Source: an uncultured Erysipelotrichaceae bacterium (GTDB taxonomy: Bacteria > Bacillota_I > Bacilli_A > RF39 > UBA660). Taken from it: 64,000 nucleotides of DNA. A program made the translations under genes and the position numbers. The stretch lies in contig CADBKG010000004.1 of NCBI GenBank assembly GCA_902795215.1, positions 17,259 through 81,258 of the forward strand, in the 5' to 3' direction. A model generated the notes under the pieces. The model made no database searches. It was not told the DNA's origin and was given only the letters and a program-made list of their open reading frames with translations. Below, one piece after another: positions 1 to 10,543 of the stretch. Each line of letters begins with the position of its first letter. The first letter of the stretch is position 1.

Positions 1-117
1 AATGATATAAAAGAAAAAAATATAGTGCTTATAGATGATACTGTGGAAGTTTTAACATATATTATGTGTAACTCAGGGTATTCAACCGTGCATATAAGTA
101 CATTTTTAGATATTTAA
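1..117 (+). CDS. 3' end of an unidentified gene (partial, runs off the window)
   Basis: Open frame from base 1 to TAA at 115-117 (...NIVLIDDTVEVL...); no start codon in the window. Confidence 0.3.
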   Translation, partial: NDIKEKNIVLIDDTVEVLTYIMCNSGYSTVHISTFLDI

Positions 118-172
118 TATAGAAAAAAAATATATATTTTGGTATAATTTCTAAATACAAAGGAGGGATAAT

Positions 173-1771
173 ATGCAAGAAATATTTAACTATGATATTA
201 ATAATCAAAAATATGTATGTTATTTAAAAGATGGAAACATAATTTTTGGTAAAGTTATTGATAATAAAATAGATACTAATTTAAATGAAGATGAATTAAG
301 GCAAATAACTAGTGTTTATATGTTTTTTGTTAATAACCAAAAACAAAGTGAAAGAATAAAAGATATTAAATTGCAAGATACAACTTTTGAAGTATATTAT
401 AACTCCTTAAATGATTTTTACACTTTTAAACAGTTAGACCATCTAGATAATAAATCTTTTTTACCAATTTTAAATAATGCTTTCAACAATAAAGAAGATA
501 AATTATATTTAAAAAATAATAAGCTTAATAGATTCATTAAGGTTTCTCTGCTTGTAGGAGTGGCAACTATAACTGTTAATGTTTCAGCTTTTTTAAACAC
601 CAATTCACTTCCTGTTACTTTTAAAGACTATGATGATTTTGAAAAAGGATTTGAAATAAGTAGTATGATAAAAGATGATATTGAGACTTACAATAATTCC
701 GAGTATAAATGGGAAGATATAAAAGAAGTCATTGATAATAATCCGAATTTAACTAATTTAGAAAAAGAGTTTTTATATGGATTTAGATATCAAATTGAAG
801 ATAATTTAGAATATATAGATATAGATATTATAAAAAGAAATCTTAGTGAATTAAAATTTGTTTATCATCCATATGATCCAGAAAAGGAAGAAAAGAAAGC
901 AAAAGAAAGGGAAAAAGAAGGCGCAAAAGAAGATATCATTGTAACAGGTTCTTATACTAATATGGGAACAAACAGAAATCAAATTGATTTTTATGGTATT
1001 AAACAATATGAATGTAAGAATTTTAACTCGGTTCCTAAAAGAACTGCTGAACATGAAGTTGGGCATTTATTAACAAAGTATTCTAAAGGGTATAATTATC
1101 CTGGATTTTATGGAGATGTTAAATATACTCAGTATTATTTAGAAGATAAACATTTTGATAAACTTGCAGAAGCAGTAAATGAATTATTTGCAAGGGAATA
1201 CTCGAATGTTTCAAAGTTTAAAGAAGAAGAACGTGGATACACATATTTGATGCCTGCAATGTATGTACTATGTGAAGTGTTAGAAGATGAGGTAATAAGG
1301 TGCTATAACTATAATTGTAATTTATATTATGTAACCAATGCATTACATAAGATGGGAATACCACTAGAAGATATTCATGCTTTTTATGACGCAATGAATG
1401 TTTATGCAACAGCATTAGGTAGTGAAGATGATAAAGAAAGAAATGACCTGCTGGCAAATATAGCTGCAAAAAAAGCATATCATTATTTAAATGAATTTTA
1501 TTATACAAAATATGGAATAAATATAGAAGATAACATTGCATTAAGTGCATCTTTTCATGGAACATATTTTGTAGGTGATGATTATACAGAAAATATAGAA
1601 AGACAACTTGGTATGTTTGATATAACATATGCTCCAAAAACGTATTTTAATAGTAATTCAAACGATAAAAGTGATTTTCCAAAGGTTACAGGATTAGATG
1701 AATTTGGTCATCAAAAAGTAGTTGTTCTAGATGGAAAAAGTGTAAATATAGAAGATAGTGTAGTAAAATAA
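173..1771 (+). CDS. Membrane-anchored protein with an HEXXH zinc-metalloprotease-like motif
   Basis: 532-aa ORF with RBS AAAGGAGG upstream; one hydrophobic segment (VSLLVGVATITVNVSAF); AEHEVGHLL motif. Confidence 0.5.
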   Translation: MQEIFNYDINNQKYVCYLKDGNIIFGKVIDNKIDTNLNEDELRQITSVYMFFVNNQKQSERIKDIKLQDTTFEVYYNSLNDFYTFKQLDHLDNKSFLPILNNAFNNKEDKLYLKNNKLNRFIKVSLLVGVATITVNVSAFLNTNSLPVTFKDYDDFEKGFEISSMIKDDIETYNNSEYKWEDIKEVIDNNPNLTNLEKEFLYGFRYQIEDNLEYIDIDIIKRNLSELKFVYHPYDPEKEEKKAKEREKEGAKEDIIVTGSYTNMGTNRNQIDFYGIKQYECKNFNSVPKRTAEHEVGHLLTKYSKGYNYPGFYGDVKYTQYYLEDKHFDKLAEAVNELFAREYSNVSKFKEEERGYTYLMPAMYVLCEVLEDEVIRCYNYNCNLYYVTNALHKMGIPLEDIHAFYDAMNVYATALGSEDDKERNDLLANIAAKKAYHYLNEFYYTKYGINIEDNIALSASFHGTYFVGDDYTENIERQLGMFDITYAPKTYFNSNSNDKSDFPKVTGLDEFGHQKVVVLDGKSVNIEDSVVK

Positions 1772-1791
1772 CAACTGGGGGAGGAGAAATC

Positions 1792-2103
1792 ATGGAAGAA
1801 TACACAAAATTAGGGTTTGACAGCTACAAAGAGATGAAAGTATACCATGATGTTATTAGTTTTTTGTTTAAATATGAAAAATACTTAGAAAAAGAAGAAA
1901 AATTATATGATTATGAAATAGCTAAGATATTAACTAAAAATGAATGTATAGAATTTATTAAAGATAATAAACTAGGTATACTCTTAGATAATTTCGATGT
2001 CTTGCCTAAATCATTTAGACATTCATTAATTAAAAATATGAATGAAATTTGTTATAAAGGACTTATGGAAGAACTTAATACAATAAAGATAGGACGTGTA
2101 TAA
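1792..2103 (+). CDS. Hypothetical protein
   Basis: 103-aa ORF with RBS GGGGGAGGAG upstream; no recognisable motif. Confidence 0.4.
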   Translation: MEEYTKLGFDSYKEMKVYHDVISFLFKYEKYLEKEEKLYDYEIAKILTKNECIEFIKDNKLGILLDNFDVLPKSFRHSLIKNMNEICYKGLMEELNTIKIGRV

Positions 2104-2166
2104 CGTCTTTTTGTCTGCATTGAATTTTAACTGTGGTTTTGTTACAATAAAGATGGAGATGAGATT

Positions 2167-3534
2167 ATGATAGATATTAAAAGTGATTCAAGAAAAGTAC
2201 AAAAAGGAGATACATTTATTGCAATTAGAAATGTAGCAAGAGATGGTCATGACTATATAGAAAGTGCAATAAAAAATGGTGCAACTAAAATAATATGTGA
2301 AGAAGGAGAATTCCCAGTTGAAACCATACATGTTCCAGATACAAGAAAATATTTAGAAGATTATTTATATGATAATTATTATCCAAAAATTAAAGATTTA
2401 AAACTAATTGGTATAACTGGTACAAGTGGTAAGACTACAACAGCATATCTAACTTATCAAATGCTTAATAAACTAGGGTTAAAAACAGCTTATATAGGAA
2501 CAATAGGTTTCTATTACGGAGATGTGAAAAAAACGCTAAACAACACAACACCTGATGTGGATTTGTTATATGAAATGCTTCTTGAAGCGAAAGAAAATGA
2601 CTGTAAATGCGTTGTTATGGAAGTTAGTTCTCATGCACTTGCCCTTGATAGAATACATGGTTTAGAATTTGACGAAGTTGCATTTACAAACATTTCACAA
2701 GATCACTTAGATTATCATAAAACAATTGAAAATTACGTTGAAGCTAAAAGAATATTGTTTACAAAAACAAGAAGTGAAAAATATGCAATAATAAATTGTG
2801 ATGATAAATACTATGATAGATTTGTAATAGAAGGTAACAAAAATATCTTGTTAGGCGAAAGCAATGCTGATGTAAAAATAGAAGATTATACATTATCTCA
2901 TCTATATACTAAGTTTAAATTCTCATATGAAGCAAAAACATATGAAATAAAAATTAATATGGTATGTAAGTTTAATATATATAATTACCTAACAGCGTTA
3001 ATGCTTACTTCTAAAGCAGGATTTGATATCGACAAAATATTAGAAATAACTGATGAAATAACACCACCAGATGGAAGAATGGAAATGATTGTAAATAAGT
3101 CGAATAGTATATTTATAGATTATGCCCATAAACCAGATGCTGAAGAAAAAGTATTAGAGATGGCAAAAGCAATAAAAAAAGGAAAAATTATTACCATTAT
3201 TGGATGTGGTGGAGATAGAGATAGAACTAAAAGACCAATAATGGGTGAAATAGCAACAAGACTATCAGACCATGTAATATTTACTGATGATAATCCTAGA
3301 ACAGAAGATCCAAAGCAAATAATGGATGACATTGTAAAAGATTTAAAATCTAATAACTTTGAAGTAATATTTGATAGAGCAGAAGCAATAAAAAAAGGAG
3401 TATCAATGTTAGAAGAAAATGATATATTATTAATACTTGGAAAAGGGCATGAAACATATCAAATAATAGGTACTGAAAAAATACACTTTAGTGATAAAGA
3501 AGAAGTATTAAAAGCTATAAAGGAGAAAAAATAA
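2167..3534 (+). CDS. murE: UDP-N-acetylmuramoyl-L-alanyl-D-glutamate--diamino acid ligase (MurE)
   Basis: Mur ligase P-loop GITGTSGKTTT; C-terminal DDNPRTEDP motif; sits immediately upstream of murF. Confidence 0.9.
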   Translation: MIDIKSDSRKVQKGDTFIAIRNVARDGHDYIESAIKNGATKIICEEGEFPVETIHVPDTRKYLEDYLYDNYYPKIKDLKLIGITGTSGKTTTAYLTYQMLNKLGLKTAYIGTIGFYYGDVKKTLNNTTPDVDLLYEMLLEAKENDCKCVVMEVSSHALALDRIHGLEFDEVAFTNISQDHLDYHKTIENYVEAKRILFTKTRSEKYAIINCDDKYYDRFVIEGNKNILLGESNADVKIEDYTLSHLYTKFKFSYEAKTYEIKINMVCKFNIYNYLTALMLTSKAGFDIDKILEITDEITPPDGRMEMIVNKSNSIFIDYAHKPDAEEKVLEMAKAIKKGKIITIIGCGGDRDRTKRPIMGEIATRLSDHVIFTDDNPRTEDPKQIMDDIVKDLKSNNFEVIFDRAEAIKKGVSMLEENDILLILGKGHETYQIIGTEKIHFSDKEEVLKAIKEKK

Positions 3535-4919
3535 TGGATAAGAACTTATATATTGATAAATGTTTAGAAATATGTGATGGAACCCTTGTTTATGGTGATA
3601 AGGATGCAATACTAGGAAAATTTTCTAAAGATACTAGAACCATCAATGAAGGAGAAGTATACGTAGGAATAAAGGGTGAAAACTTTGATGGTAATGCTTT
3701 TTATAAAGATGCTTTTGAAAAAGGAGCTAGTACATGTATTTTGGATAGAGCATTCTATGAAAAACTAGAGCCCGAAATTATAGAAGACAAAAATTTAATT
3801 CTTGTTGATGACACTATTGGTGCTATTCAAAAACTTGCAAGATATAAAAGAAGTTTATATGATATTCCAGTTATCGCTGTTACAGGTAGCGTAGGAAAAA
3901 CAAGTACTAGAGATATGATTGCAAGTGTCCTTGAAACAAAATACAAAGTATTAAAAACAAAAGGAAACTATAATAACAATATAGGTCTTCCAATTACTAT
4001 ACTAGGACTTACAGATGAAGAAGTTATGGTGCTTGAAATGGGAATGAATCATTTATATGAAATTAATCTTTTAAGTACTATAGCAAGCCCAACTCATGCA
4101 GTAATAACTAATGTTGGCACTGCACATATTGGAAACCTAGGTTCAAGAGAAAATATATTAAAAGCTAAACTAGAAATACTAGATGGTTTAAAAGAAGATG
4201 GAGTATTATTTATAAATAATGATAATGACATGCTTCATGATAATTTAAAAGACATAAAGAAAAGATGCAATGTAATAACTGTTGGAATTGATAATAAAAG
4301 TGATTATAATGCTAAAAATATAGAAGATGAAGTGTTCTCTAGCACATTTAAAATAGGAGAAAACTTAATAGAAGTTAATGCTCCTGGAAAAGCCTACGTA
4401 TATAATAGTTTAATTGCTTATGCTATAGGTAAAGATTTAAATGTTGATATTCAAAATATAAAACGTGGTATTAAAAACTTTAAAATGGAGAAGAACAGAC
4501 TTGAAAAGATAGATACTAAATATGGTTTTACTATAATTAATGATACTTATAATGCTAGTTTAGACTCTATTAAGAATTCACTTGATTTAATATCAAAGGC
4601 AGACTACCAAAGAAAAGTTTTAGTATTAGGAGATGTTTTAGAATTAGGAACTTTCTCTAAAAAAATACATGAAAGAATAGGCTTAGAAATAGTTAAACAT
4701 AAAGTGGATATTGTTTTTGCAATAGGTGAAAATGTAAAAGATACCGTAAGAACTTTAAAAGAAGAAAAATTTAATATGTCAAATGTATATTCGTTTGATA
4801 GCGAAGACCAAGCTCATGAAAAAATAAAAGAAATACTTAAACCTGGAGACATAGTACTAGTTAAGGGTTCAAATGGAATACATTTAATAAATATTGTTGA
4901 TGATATTAAAGGAAATTAA
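3534..4919 (+). CDS. murF: UDP-N-acetylmuramoyl-tripeptide--D-alanyl-D-alanine ligase (MurF)
   Basis: AVTGSVGKTSTRDM P-loop; TAATG overlap with the murE stop; typical MurF length. Confidence 0.9.
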   Translation: MDKNLYIDKCLEICDGTLVYGDKDAILGKFSKDTRTINEGEVYVGIKGENFDGNAFYKDAFEKGASTCILDRAFYEKLEPEIIEDKNLILVDDTIGAIQKLARYKRSLYDIPVIAVTGSVGKTSTRDMIASVLETKYKVLKTKGNYNNNIGLPITILGLTDEEVMVLEMGMNHLYEINLLSTIASPTHAVITNVGTAHIGNLGSRENILKAKLEILDGLKEDGVLFINNDNDMLHDNLKDIKKRCNVITVGIDNKSDYNAKNIEDEVFSSTFKIGENLIEVNAPGKAYVYNSLIAYAIGKDLNVDIQNIKRGIKNFKMEKNRLEKIDTKYGFTIINDTYNASLDSIKNSLDLISKADYQRKVLVLGDVLELGTFSKKIHERIGLEIVKHKVDIVFAIGENVKDTVRTLKEEKFNMSNVYSFDSEDQAHEKIKEILKPGDIVLVKGSNGIHLINIVDDIKGN

Positions 4920-4920
4920 T

Positions 4921-5814
4921 ATGAATATATATGATAATCTCAGTAAATTAGGAGAAGTATTAAAAGATGAACCAATATCTAGATATAATACTTATAAAGT
5001 AGGTGGAAGTGCAGATTATATATTTTTTCCAGATAGTATTGAAAATCTAATAAAGGGATTAAAGTTTTTAAAAGATAATAAAATTTTATATAAAGTTATT
5101 GGAAATGGCTCTAATCTTATATTTTCATCTAAACCATATAAGGGTGTTTTAATTAAATTAGATAAATTAGATGATATGAGAATAAATGATAAAGAAGTCT
5201 ATGTGGAAGCAGGATATAAAACGATTAAGCTATCAAATAAGTTGTCTAGAGATGGATATACAGGTTTAGAATTTGCAACGGGTATACCAGGCACTATTGG
5301 TGGAGCAGTCTTTATGAACGCTGGTGCATATAATAGTGATTTTAAAAGTATTATTAAATCAGTTACATTTATAGACGATAATGGTGATATTAAAACGCTT
5401 GAAGGCAAAGACTTAGAATTTGAATATAGAAATAGTTTATTTAAAAAAGAGAAAAAACAAATAATACTTAGCACTACCGTAAAATTGGAAAAAGATAACC
5501 CTCAAAAAATAATTGAGTTAGTAGAGTCAAGAAAAATAAGAAGAATAGAATCTCAACCCTTAGATTATCCAAGTGCAGGAAGTGTATTTAGAAATCCTGA
5601 TGGTAATTATGCTGGAAAATTAATTGAAGATCTAGGATTAAAAGGATACTCTATAGGTGGTGCGAAAGTAAGTGAAAAACATGCCAATTTTATAATAAAT
5701 GCTGGTAATGCAACAGGAGAAGATATAAAAGAGCTTATCGAATTTATTCAAACTAAAGTAAAAGAAAACTATAATATAGATCTATTCCTAGAACAAGAAT
5801 TAGTTAATTTCTAA
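4921..5814 (+). CDS. murB: UDP-N-acetylenolpyruvoylglucosamine reductase (MurB)
   Basis: YKVGGSADYIF and SAGSVFRNP motifs; ATG at 4921 follows the murF stop and is preferred over the track start at 4894. Confidence 0.9.
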   Translation: MNIYDNLSKLGEVLKDEPISRYNTYKVGGSADYIFFPDSIENLIKGLKFLKDNKILYKVIGNGSNLIFSSKPYKGVLIKLDKLDDMRINDKEVYVEAGYKTIKLSNKLSRDGYTGLEFATGIPGTIGGAVFMNAGAYNSDFKSIIKSVTFIDDNGDIKTLEGKDLEFEYRNSLFKKEKKQIILSTTVKLEKDNPQKIIELVESRKIRRIESQPLDYPSAGSVFRNPDGNYAGKLIEDLGLKGYSIGGAKVSEKHANFIINAGNATGEDIKELIEFIQTKVKENYNIDLFLEQELVNF

Positions 5815-5873
5815 TTCTTTTTTCTTGATAAAATCATTTTATTAATATATATTATTAATGGGACGTGATTAAC

Positions 5874-7607
5874 ATGGGTTTATTAGAAACGTTAAATAAC
5901 GATATTAAAAAGATATTAAATGGTCTTGGATATGATGATAATGTAGAAGTTACAGTATCAAACCGTAAAGATTTAGGTGATTATCAGTATAATGGAATAA
6001 TGAAAATTGCTGGTCAAAATAAAGTTAATCCAAGAGAACTTGCTGAAAAAGTATGTAATTTATTAAAAGAAAATAAAACATATAAAGATGTTAATATAGC
6101 AGGGCCAGGATTTATAAATATAACTTTTAGTAATGAAGCATTAATAGAATTTTTAAATGATACTTTTAAAAATTTTGATAACATAAAATACAAAGCACCA
6201 AAGAAAACTATATTTATGGATTATGGTGGTGCCAATATTGCAAAAGAACTCCATGTTGGACATATGAGAAGTGCAAATATTGGTGAAGCTTTAAAAAGAT
6301 TATTTAATGCTTGTAATATTGATACAATAAGTGATGCCCACTTAGGAGACTGGGGTAAACCAATGGGTCTTGTCATGCAGGAAATTAAAACAAGAATGCC
6401 AGATTTGCCTTACTTTGATGTAAATTTTGAAGGAGAGTATCCAAAGGAAAGCCCTGTAACAGCAGAAGATCTAGCATCTATTTATCCAATAGCAAGCAAA
6501 AAATCTAAAGAAGATGAAAACTATCTAAATAGCGCAAAAGAACTAACAGTTAAACTTCAACAAAAAGAAAAAGGCACTTATGCATTATGGCAGCATATTA
6601 GAAATACTTCTCTAGAAGATATTAAAAAAACATATAAACTACTTAATACTTCTTTTGATTTATATTATGGAGAAAGTGATTCAGATAAATATGTGCCAGA
6701 AATGATAGATTATTTAAATAAAAATAATTATCTAGAAAAAAGCGAAGGTGCAGAAGTTATATTTGTTAATAAAGAAGATGACAATAAAACATATCCACCT
6801 CTAATGGTTAAAATGAGCAATGGTGGTATTGGTTATGATACAACAGAACTTGCAACTATATATCAAAGAAAAAAAGAATATAAATTTGATGAACTATTAT
6901 ATCTAACTGATAATAGACAAGATTTACATTTTGAAATTACTTTTAGGGCTGCAAAAAAATGCAAAATTGCAGATGAAAAAATGACACACATATCATTTGG
7001 TAATATATGTGGTAATGATGGAAAACCATTTAAAACAAGAGATGGCGGAGTAATGAGTTTAAATAATTTGTATTCACTTGTATATGATGAATGCTATAAA
7101 AAACTAAGCGATAATGTAAAAGAAGAAGATAAAGAAGATACTGCAAGAATAATATCTGTCGCAGCGATTAAATACGCTGACCTTTTACCTAATAGAACAA
7201 GCGATTATGTATTTGATCCAGTTAGATTTTCAGATTTAAATGGGAAAACAGGACCTTACCTTTTATATAATACTGTTCGTATTAATTCTATATTTTCTAA
7301 AATAGAGGGCTTTGAATATAAAAAATATAATAATATTAATACTAGTGTTGAAAGAGAAATTATACTTCACATATTAGAACTACCAAACGTATTAAAAAGA
7401 GAAGTAGAAGATAATTTGCTTAATGAGTTATGTGAATATATATTTAAATTAACAAATCTATATAATTCATTCTATAGTGATAACTATATAATAAGCGAAG
7501 CAGATACTTCTAAAAAAGAATCATGGCTTGTTATGAGTGATGTAGTATTAAATACTAATAAATTCATACTTGATATATTAGGAATGGAAGTCCCTAAAAG
7601 CATGTAA
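5874..7607 (+). CDS. argS: Arginine--tRNA ligase
   Basis: Class I HIGH-type motif ELHVGHMRS; overall ArgS-like N- and C-terminal layout; the ATG at 5874 or the GTG at 5865 could be the start. Confidence 0.9.
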   Translation: MGLLETLNNDIKKILNGLGYDDNVEVTVSNRKDLGDYQYNGIMKIAGQNKVNPRELAEKVCNLLKENKTYKDVNIAGPGFINITFSNEALIEFLNDTFKNFDNIKYKAPKKTIFMDYGGANIAKELHVGHMRSANIGEALKRLFNACNIDTISDAHLGDWGKPMGLVMQEIKTRMPDLPYFDVNFEGEYPKESPVTAEDLASIYPIASKKSKEDENYLNSAKELTVKLQQKEKGTYALWQHIRNTSLEDIKKTYKLLNTSFDLYYGESDSDKYVPEMIDYLNKNNYLEKSEGAEVIFVNKEDDNKTYPPLMVKMSNGGIGYDTTELATIYQRKKEYKFDELLYLTDNRQDLHFEITFRAAKKCKIADEKMTHISFGNICGNDGKPFKTRDGGVMSLNNLYSLVYDECYKKLSDNVKEEDKEDTARIISVAAIKYADLLPNRTSDYVFDPVRFSDLNGKTGPYLLYNTVRINSIFSKIEGFEYKKYNNINTSVEREIILHILELPNVLKREVEDNLLNELCEYIFKLTNLYNSFYSDNYIISEADTSKKESWLVMSDVVLNTNKFILDILGMEVPKSM

Positions 7608-7622
7608 TACATGCTTTTTTTA
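7596..7622 (+). terminator. Rho-independent terminator after argS
   Basis: AAGCATG-taata-CATGCTT hairpin followed by a T-run. Confidence 0.7.
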
Positions 7623-7644
7623 TTGCAAAAAAAAGATAGCAATG

Positions 7645-9342
7645 CTATCTAATTCCTCCTCCAGAGCCTCCTCCAAAGGATCCTCCTCCTCCGCCTCCGG
7701 AAGAGAAGCCACCGCCACCAGAACTATAACTTTCAGCTGCAGACCTTGCTGCACTTGCAGCTTGAATAGCGTTATGTGAAAAATCGTGTACGATAAATAT
7801 ATTATCATTTGCAAATTCTGGTGCCTGCTCTATAAGCTCAGGATACATCTGTTTAAATTCTTTTGCTACTTTTTCTGCTATACCAAATATTTGGGCATAT
7901 ATAATATAATATTCGAATGCAGTAACTTCTATTGCTTGCCTCTCCTTTATAATAGTGAAATCTTTAAAGAAGTTTTTAAGTCCCTTTAGTTCAACAGCTT
8001 CTTTTCTTAATTCATCTGTAAATGTTAATACTGTTTTTGTGAAAATTCCTTTTTTAATCTTTTCTTCTTTAATAAGTCCTTCTTCTTTTAATAACTTTTC
8101 TTGATTGTTAAGGACCTTATCAAACCAATTAAGCAGTTGTGAATAATTGCTTCTAGACCAAGATTTCATTTCACCTTCACTAAGAATTCTATCTTTACTT
8201 GCTTTAACAAACATCTCATGAAGTGAAACTTCATATGTATTTGCTTCGCCTAAATCTTTTTCTAAATTAATTGCTGTTTCTTCTTTTGTTCTTCCAAGCA
8301 AACCTTTTTTCTCTTCAGTTAGTATTTCTATCTTTTTATCTTTTAACCACTTAAGTAATACTGCCCCCATAAAATCAGTTTTATTTTTTATAAGATCATA
8401 TTTAGTTGCAATATAGTAAGCTCTAAAAATATCTTTTTTACAAGGTATATCCCTAAAATAAAGTGCTTCATCATCGCTTATCTTTTGACCTTTTTCACCA
8501 TAGTTATACTTTGTTCCAGAATTCGCTACGCCGAATATAGTACCAAAAACTGATAAACCCATTATTATTGAAAATATAACAAAGAAAATGTCATCACTTT
8601 TATCATTGTTTGAAGAGGAAGTATCACCATAATCATAATCATATGTTCCTTCTTCAGCGCCTTCATGTAATTCTTCAAAAGTTTTATCTTCACTTCTAGT
8701 AGTTTCAAATGTTCCACTAGGGAATTTTGCAAGTAATACAACATAATCGGAAGAACTAAAATATCCTTCGTTTTCCATATGTATAAAACCATCTTTTACA
8801 TATGCATAACCTTTATAACCATATCCCCAAACATCAATAGTATCTGGTAATGAATAATATGTTCTAACATCGATTGAAATATTATCAGGGGAAGGATTCA
8901 TACTATCATTAACAAGCTTAAATAAAGTGGCATCTGCATCACTATATTTGGTTATAACACCAGTTAAAGTATATTCTATTTTGTAAGTATGATTTCCATA
9001 TTTACCAATACCCCAGCATAACTCGATTGTTTCACCATTTTCATTTATACCATACTTATTAGTTTTTTCTTCTCTTGATTTTTTTACATCCCAATTTATT
9101 TGGGTGAACTTTTTACCATTTTCACTAACAACAAAATCTTTTATTTCTCTATCTTCTAGATTCATTGGTTTATAAAGTTCAGTGCCTTCATTTGCATAGA
9201 CAGTCCATTCCTCAGTAATTTTTGCATCACCATTTTTTTCGATATATACATCAACCTTTAAACTATCCATACTGCTGGCATAAACATTTATACCAAAAAA
9301 CAAAACAAATAAATTAAATAAAAACAAACTAAATTTCTTCAT
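7645..9342 (-). CDS. DUF2207-type membrane protein with a Gly/Ser-rich C-terminal tail
   Basis: Signal peptide, central TM segments and a terminal GGGGFSSGGGGGGSFGGGSGGG tail, as is typical of DUF2207 proteins. Confidence 0.7.
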   Translation of the reverse strand: MKKFSLFLFNLFVLFFGINVYASSMDSLKVDVYIEKNGDAKITEEWTVYANEGTELYKPMNLEDREIKDFVVSENGKKFTQINWDVKKSREEKTNKYGINENGETIELCWGIGKYGNHTYKIEYTLTGVITKYSDADATLFKLVNDSMNPSPDNISIDVRTYYSLPDTIDVWGYGYKGYAYVKDGFIHMENEGYFSSSDYVVLLAKFPSGTFETTRSEDKTFEELHEGAEEGTYDYDYGDTSSSNNDKSDDIFFVIFSIIMGLSVFGTIFGVANSGTKYNYGEKGQKISDDEALYFRDIPCKKDIFRAYYIATKYDLIKNKTDFMGAVLLKWLKDKKIEILTEEKKGLLGRTKEETAINLEKDLGEANTYEVSLHEMFVKASKDRILSEGEMKSWSRSNYSQLLNWFDKVLNNQEKLLKEEGLIKEEKIKKGIFTKTVLTFTDELRKEAVELKGLKNFFKDFTIIKERQAIEVTAFEYYIIYAQIFGIAEKVAKEFKQMYPELIEQAPEFANDNIFIVHDFSHNAIQAASAARSAAESYSSGGGGFSSGGGGGGSFGGGSGGGIR

Positions 9343-9451
9343 ATCCTATCACATCTTCATTATAACAAAATAGATAATATAAATAAATAAAAATATCTTA
9401 AAAGCTTGCAACTTTTTAATAAATAAATTATAATTTTAGTAGGGTGAAAAC

Positions 9452-10541
9452 ATGAAAAAGGAAGAATTATCTACTATTTTAGAAAACTTAGAAGAAAAAC
9501 TAGAAAATATTGGGAGGTATCTTTGAAATAGATGAGAAAAAATCTAGAGTAGAAAAGATAAATGAAGAACTTCTTAAAGAAGATGCTTATAAAGACTTAG
9601 ATAGAGCCTCTAAACTAAATTTAGAACTTTCTAATTTAGAAAAAGTAATTAAAAATTATGAAGGAACGCTTGATGAAGTTAAAGCTGATTTAGAACTACT
9701 TGAAATATTGGATGATTCTGAGCTTAGAGAAATCCAAAAATCAGTTAGTGCATTAGAAGAAAAATATAACGAAATAAAAATAACATCACTATTAAATGGA
9801 GAGTATGATTCATATAATTGTTATTTAGAAATTCATCCAGGCGCCGGTGGTACGGAAAGCTGTGATTGGGCATCTATGCTCCTTAGAATGTATCAAATGT
9901 TTTTTGATAAAAACGATTATAAATATAAAGTAATCGAAAAACAAAATGGTGATGAAGCAGGAATTAAAAGTGTAACTCTTTTAGTAAGTGGATATTATCC
10001 TTATGGCTATTTAAAATCCGAAAGAGGTGTTCACAGACTTGTTAGAATTAGTCCATTTGATTCTAATGCAAGGAGGCATACTTCTTTTGCAAGTGTAAGT
10101 GTAACACCAGAAATAACTAGTAATATAAATATAGAAATAAAAGATACGGATTTAAAAATAGATGTATTTCACTCAAGTGGCGCTGGTGGACAATCCGTTA
10201 ACACCAGTAATTCTGCAGTTAGAATAACTCATTTACCTAGTAAAATTGTTGTAAGTTGTCAAGTGGAAAGAAGCCAAGTTCAAAACAAAGAGATATGTAT
10301 GCAGATGTTAAAAAGCAAATTATATGCTTTAGAAAAAGAAAAAGAAGAAGCAAAAGTTAAAAGCCTAAAAGGAGAAAATGTTGACATTAATTTCGGATCA
10401 CAAATAAGAAATTATGTTTTAGAACCATATAAGTTAGTTAAAGATTTAAGGACTGGTTATGAAACATCAAACGCAAATAAAGTACTTGATGGAGATATAA
10501 AACCTTTTATGGAAAGTTTTTTAGAAAAAAAGGGTGATTAA
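9452..10541 (+). CDS. prfB: Peptide chain release factor 2, expressed via a programmed +1 frameshift
   Basis: ATG at 9452 opens a 24-codon frame ending CTT TGA (9521-9526). The +1 frame from 9525 continues into the SPF (RISPFDS) and GGQ (SGAGGQSVN) motifs. Confidence 0.9.
9512..9526 (+). promoter_or_regulatory. prfB autoregulatory +1 frameshift site
   Basis: Internal Shine-Dalgarno-like GGGAGG (9512-9517), a 3-nt spacer, then the slippery CTT followed by in-frame TGA. Confidence 0.85.
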
Positions 10542-10543
10542 GA

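Noticed and set aside
418-1637. Antisense ORFs from the track (418-603, 851-1066, 1218-1637) inside the 173-1771 gene. Similar shadow ORFs occur at 3120-3332, 5199-5474, 7620-7989, 8565-8792, 10654-10887, 11481-11672, 13027-13770, 15373-16353, 21136-21420, 22897-23199, 23820-24092, 25737-26018, 26272-26547, 31055-31243, 34174-34446, 35655-35900, 49109-49300, 55382-55684, 57601-57825, 59881-60210 and 60510-60743
   Set aside because: They lie entirely within, or mostly overlap, longer ORFs that carry recognisable motifs. They lack RBSs and have the low-complexity Ile/Phe/Leu/Ser composition expected from reverse-strand reading of AT-rich genes.
4894-4920. Upstream starts given by the ORF track for murB (4894), the Abi gene (11974), the secreted protein (24793), DUF1015 (26651), the FGase-like gene (28115), the MTase (30339), the Mrr-NTPase (46802), recombinase A (49932) and the DUF4143/DUF4238 genes (52086, 53371)
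   Set aside because: Downstream in-frame ATG or GTG codons have better-placed Shine-Dalgarno sequences, or they avoid overlapping terminators, promoters or the preceding gene. The exact starts remain uncertain by a few codons.
5815-5873. T-box leader upstream of argS
   Set aside because: The intergenic region is only about 55 nt, far too short for a T-box, and it has no specifier or T-box sequence.
7650-7745. GC-rich repetitive tract (GGAGG/CCTCC runs) at the 3' end of the - strand gene
   Set aside because: It is the coding sequence for the Gly/Ser-rich tail of the DUF2207 protein, not an independent repeat element or regulatory site.
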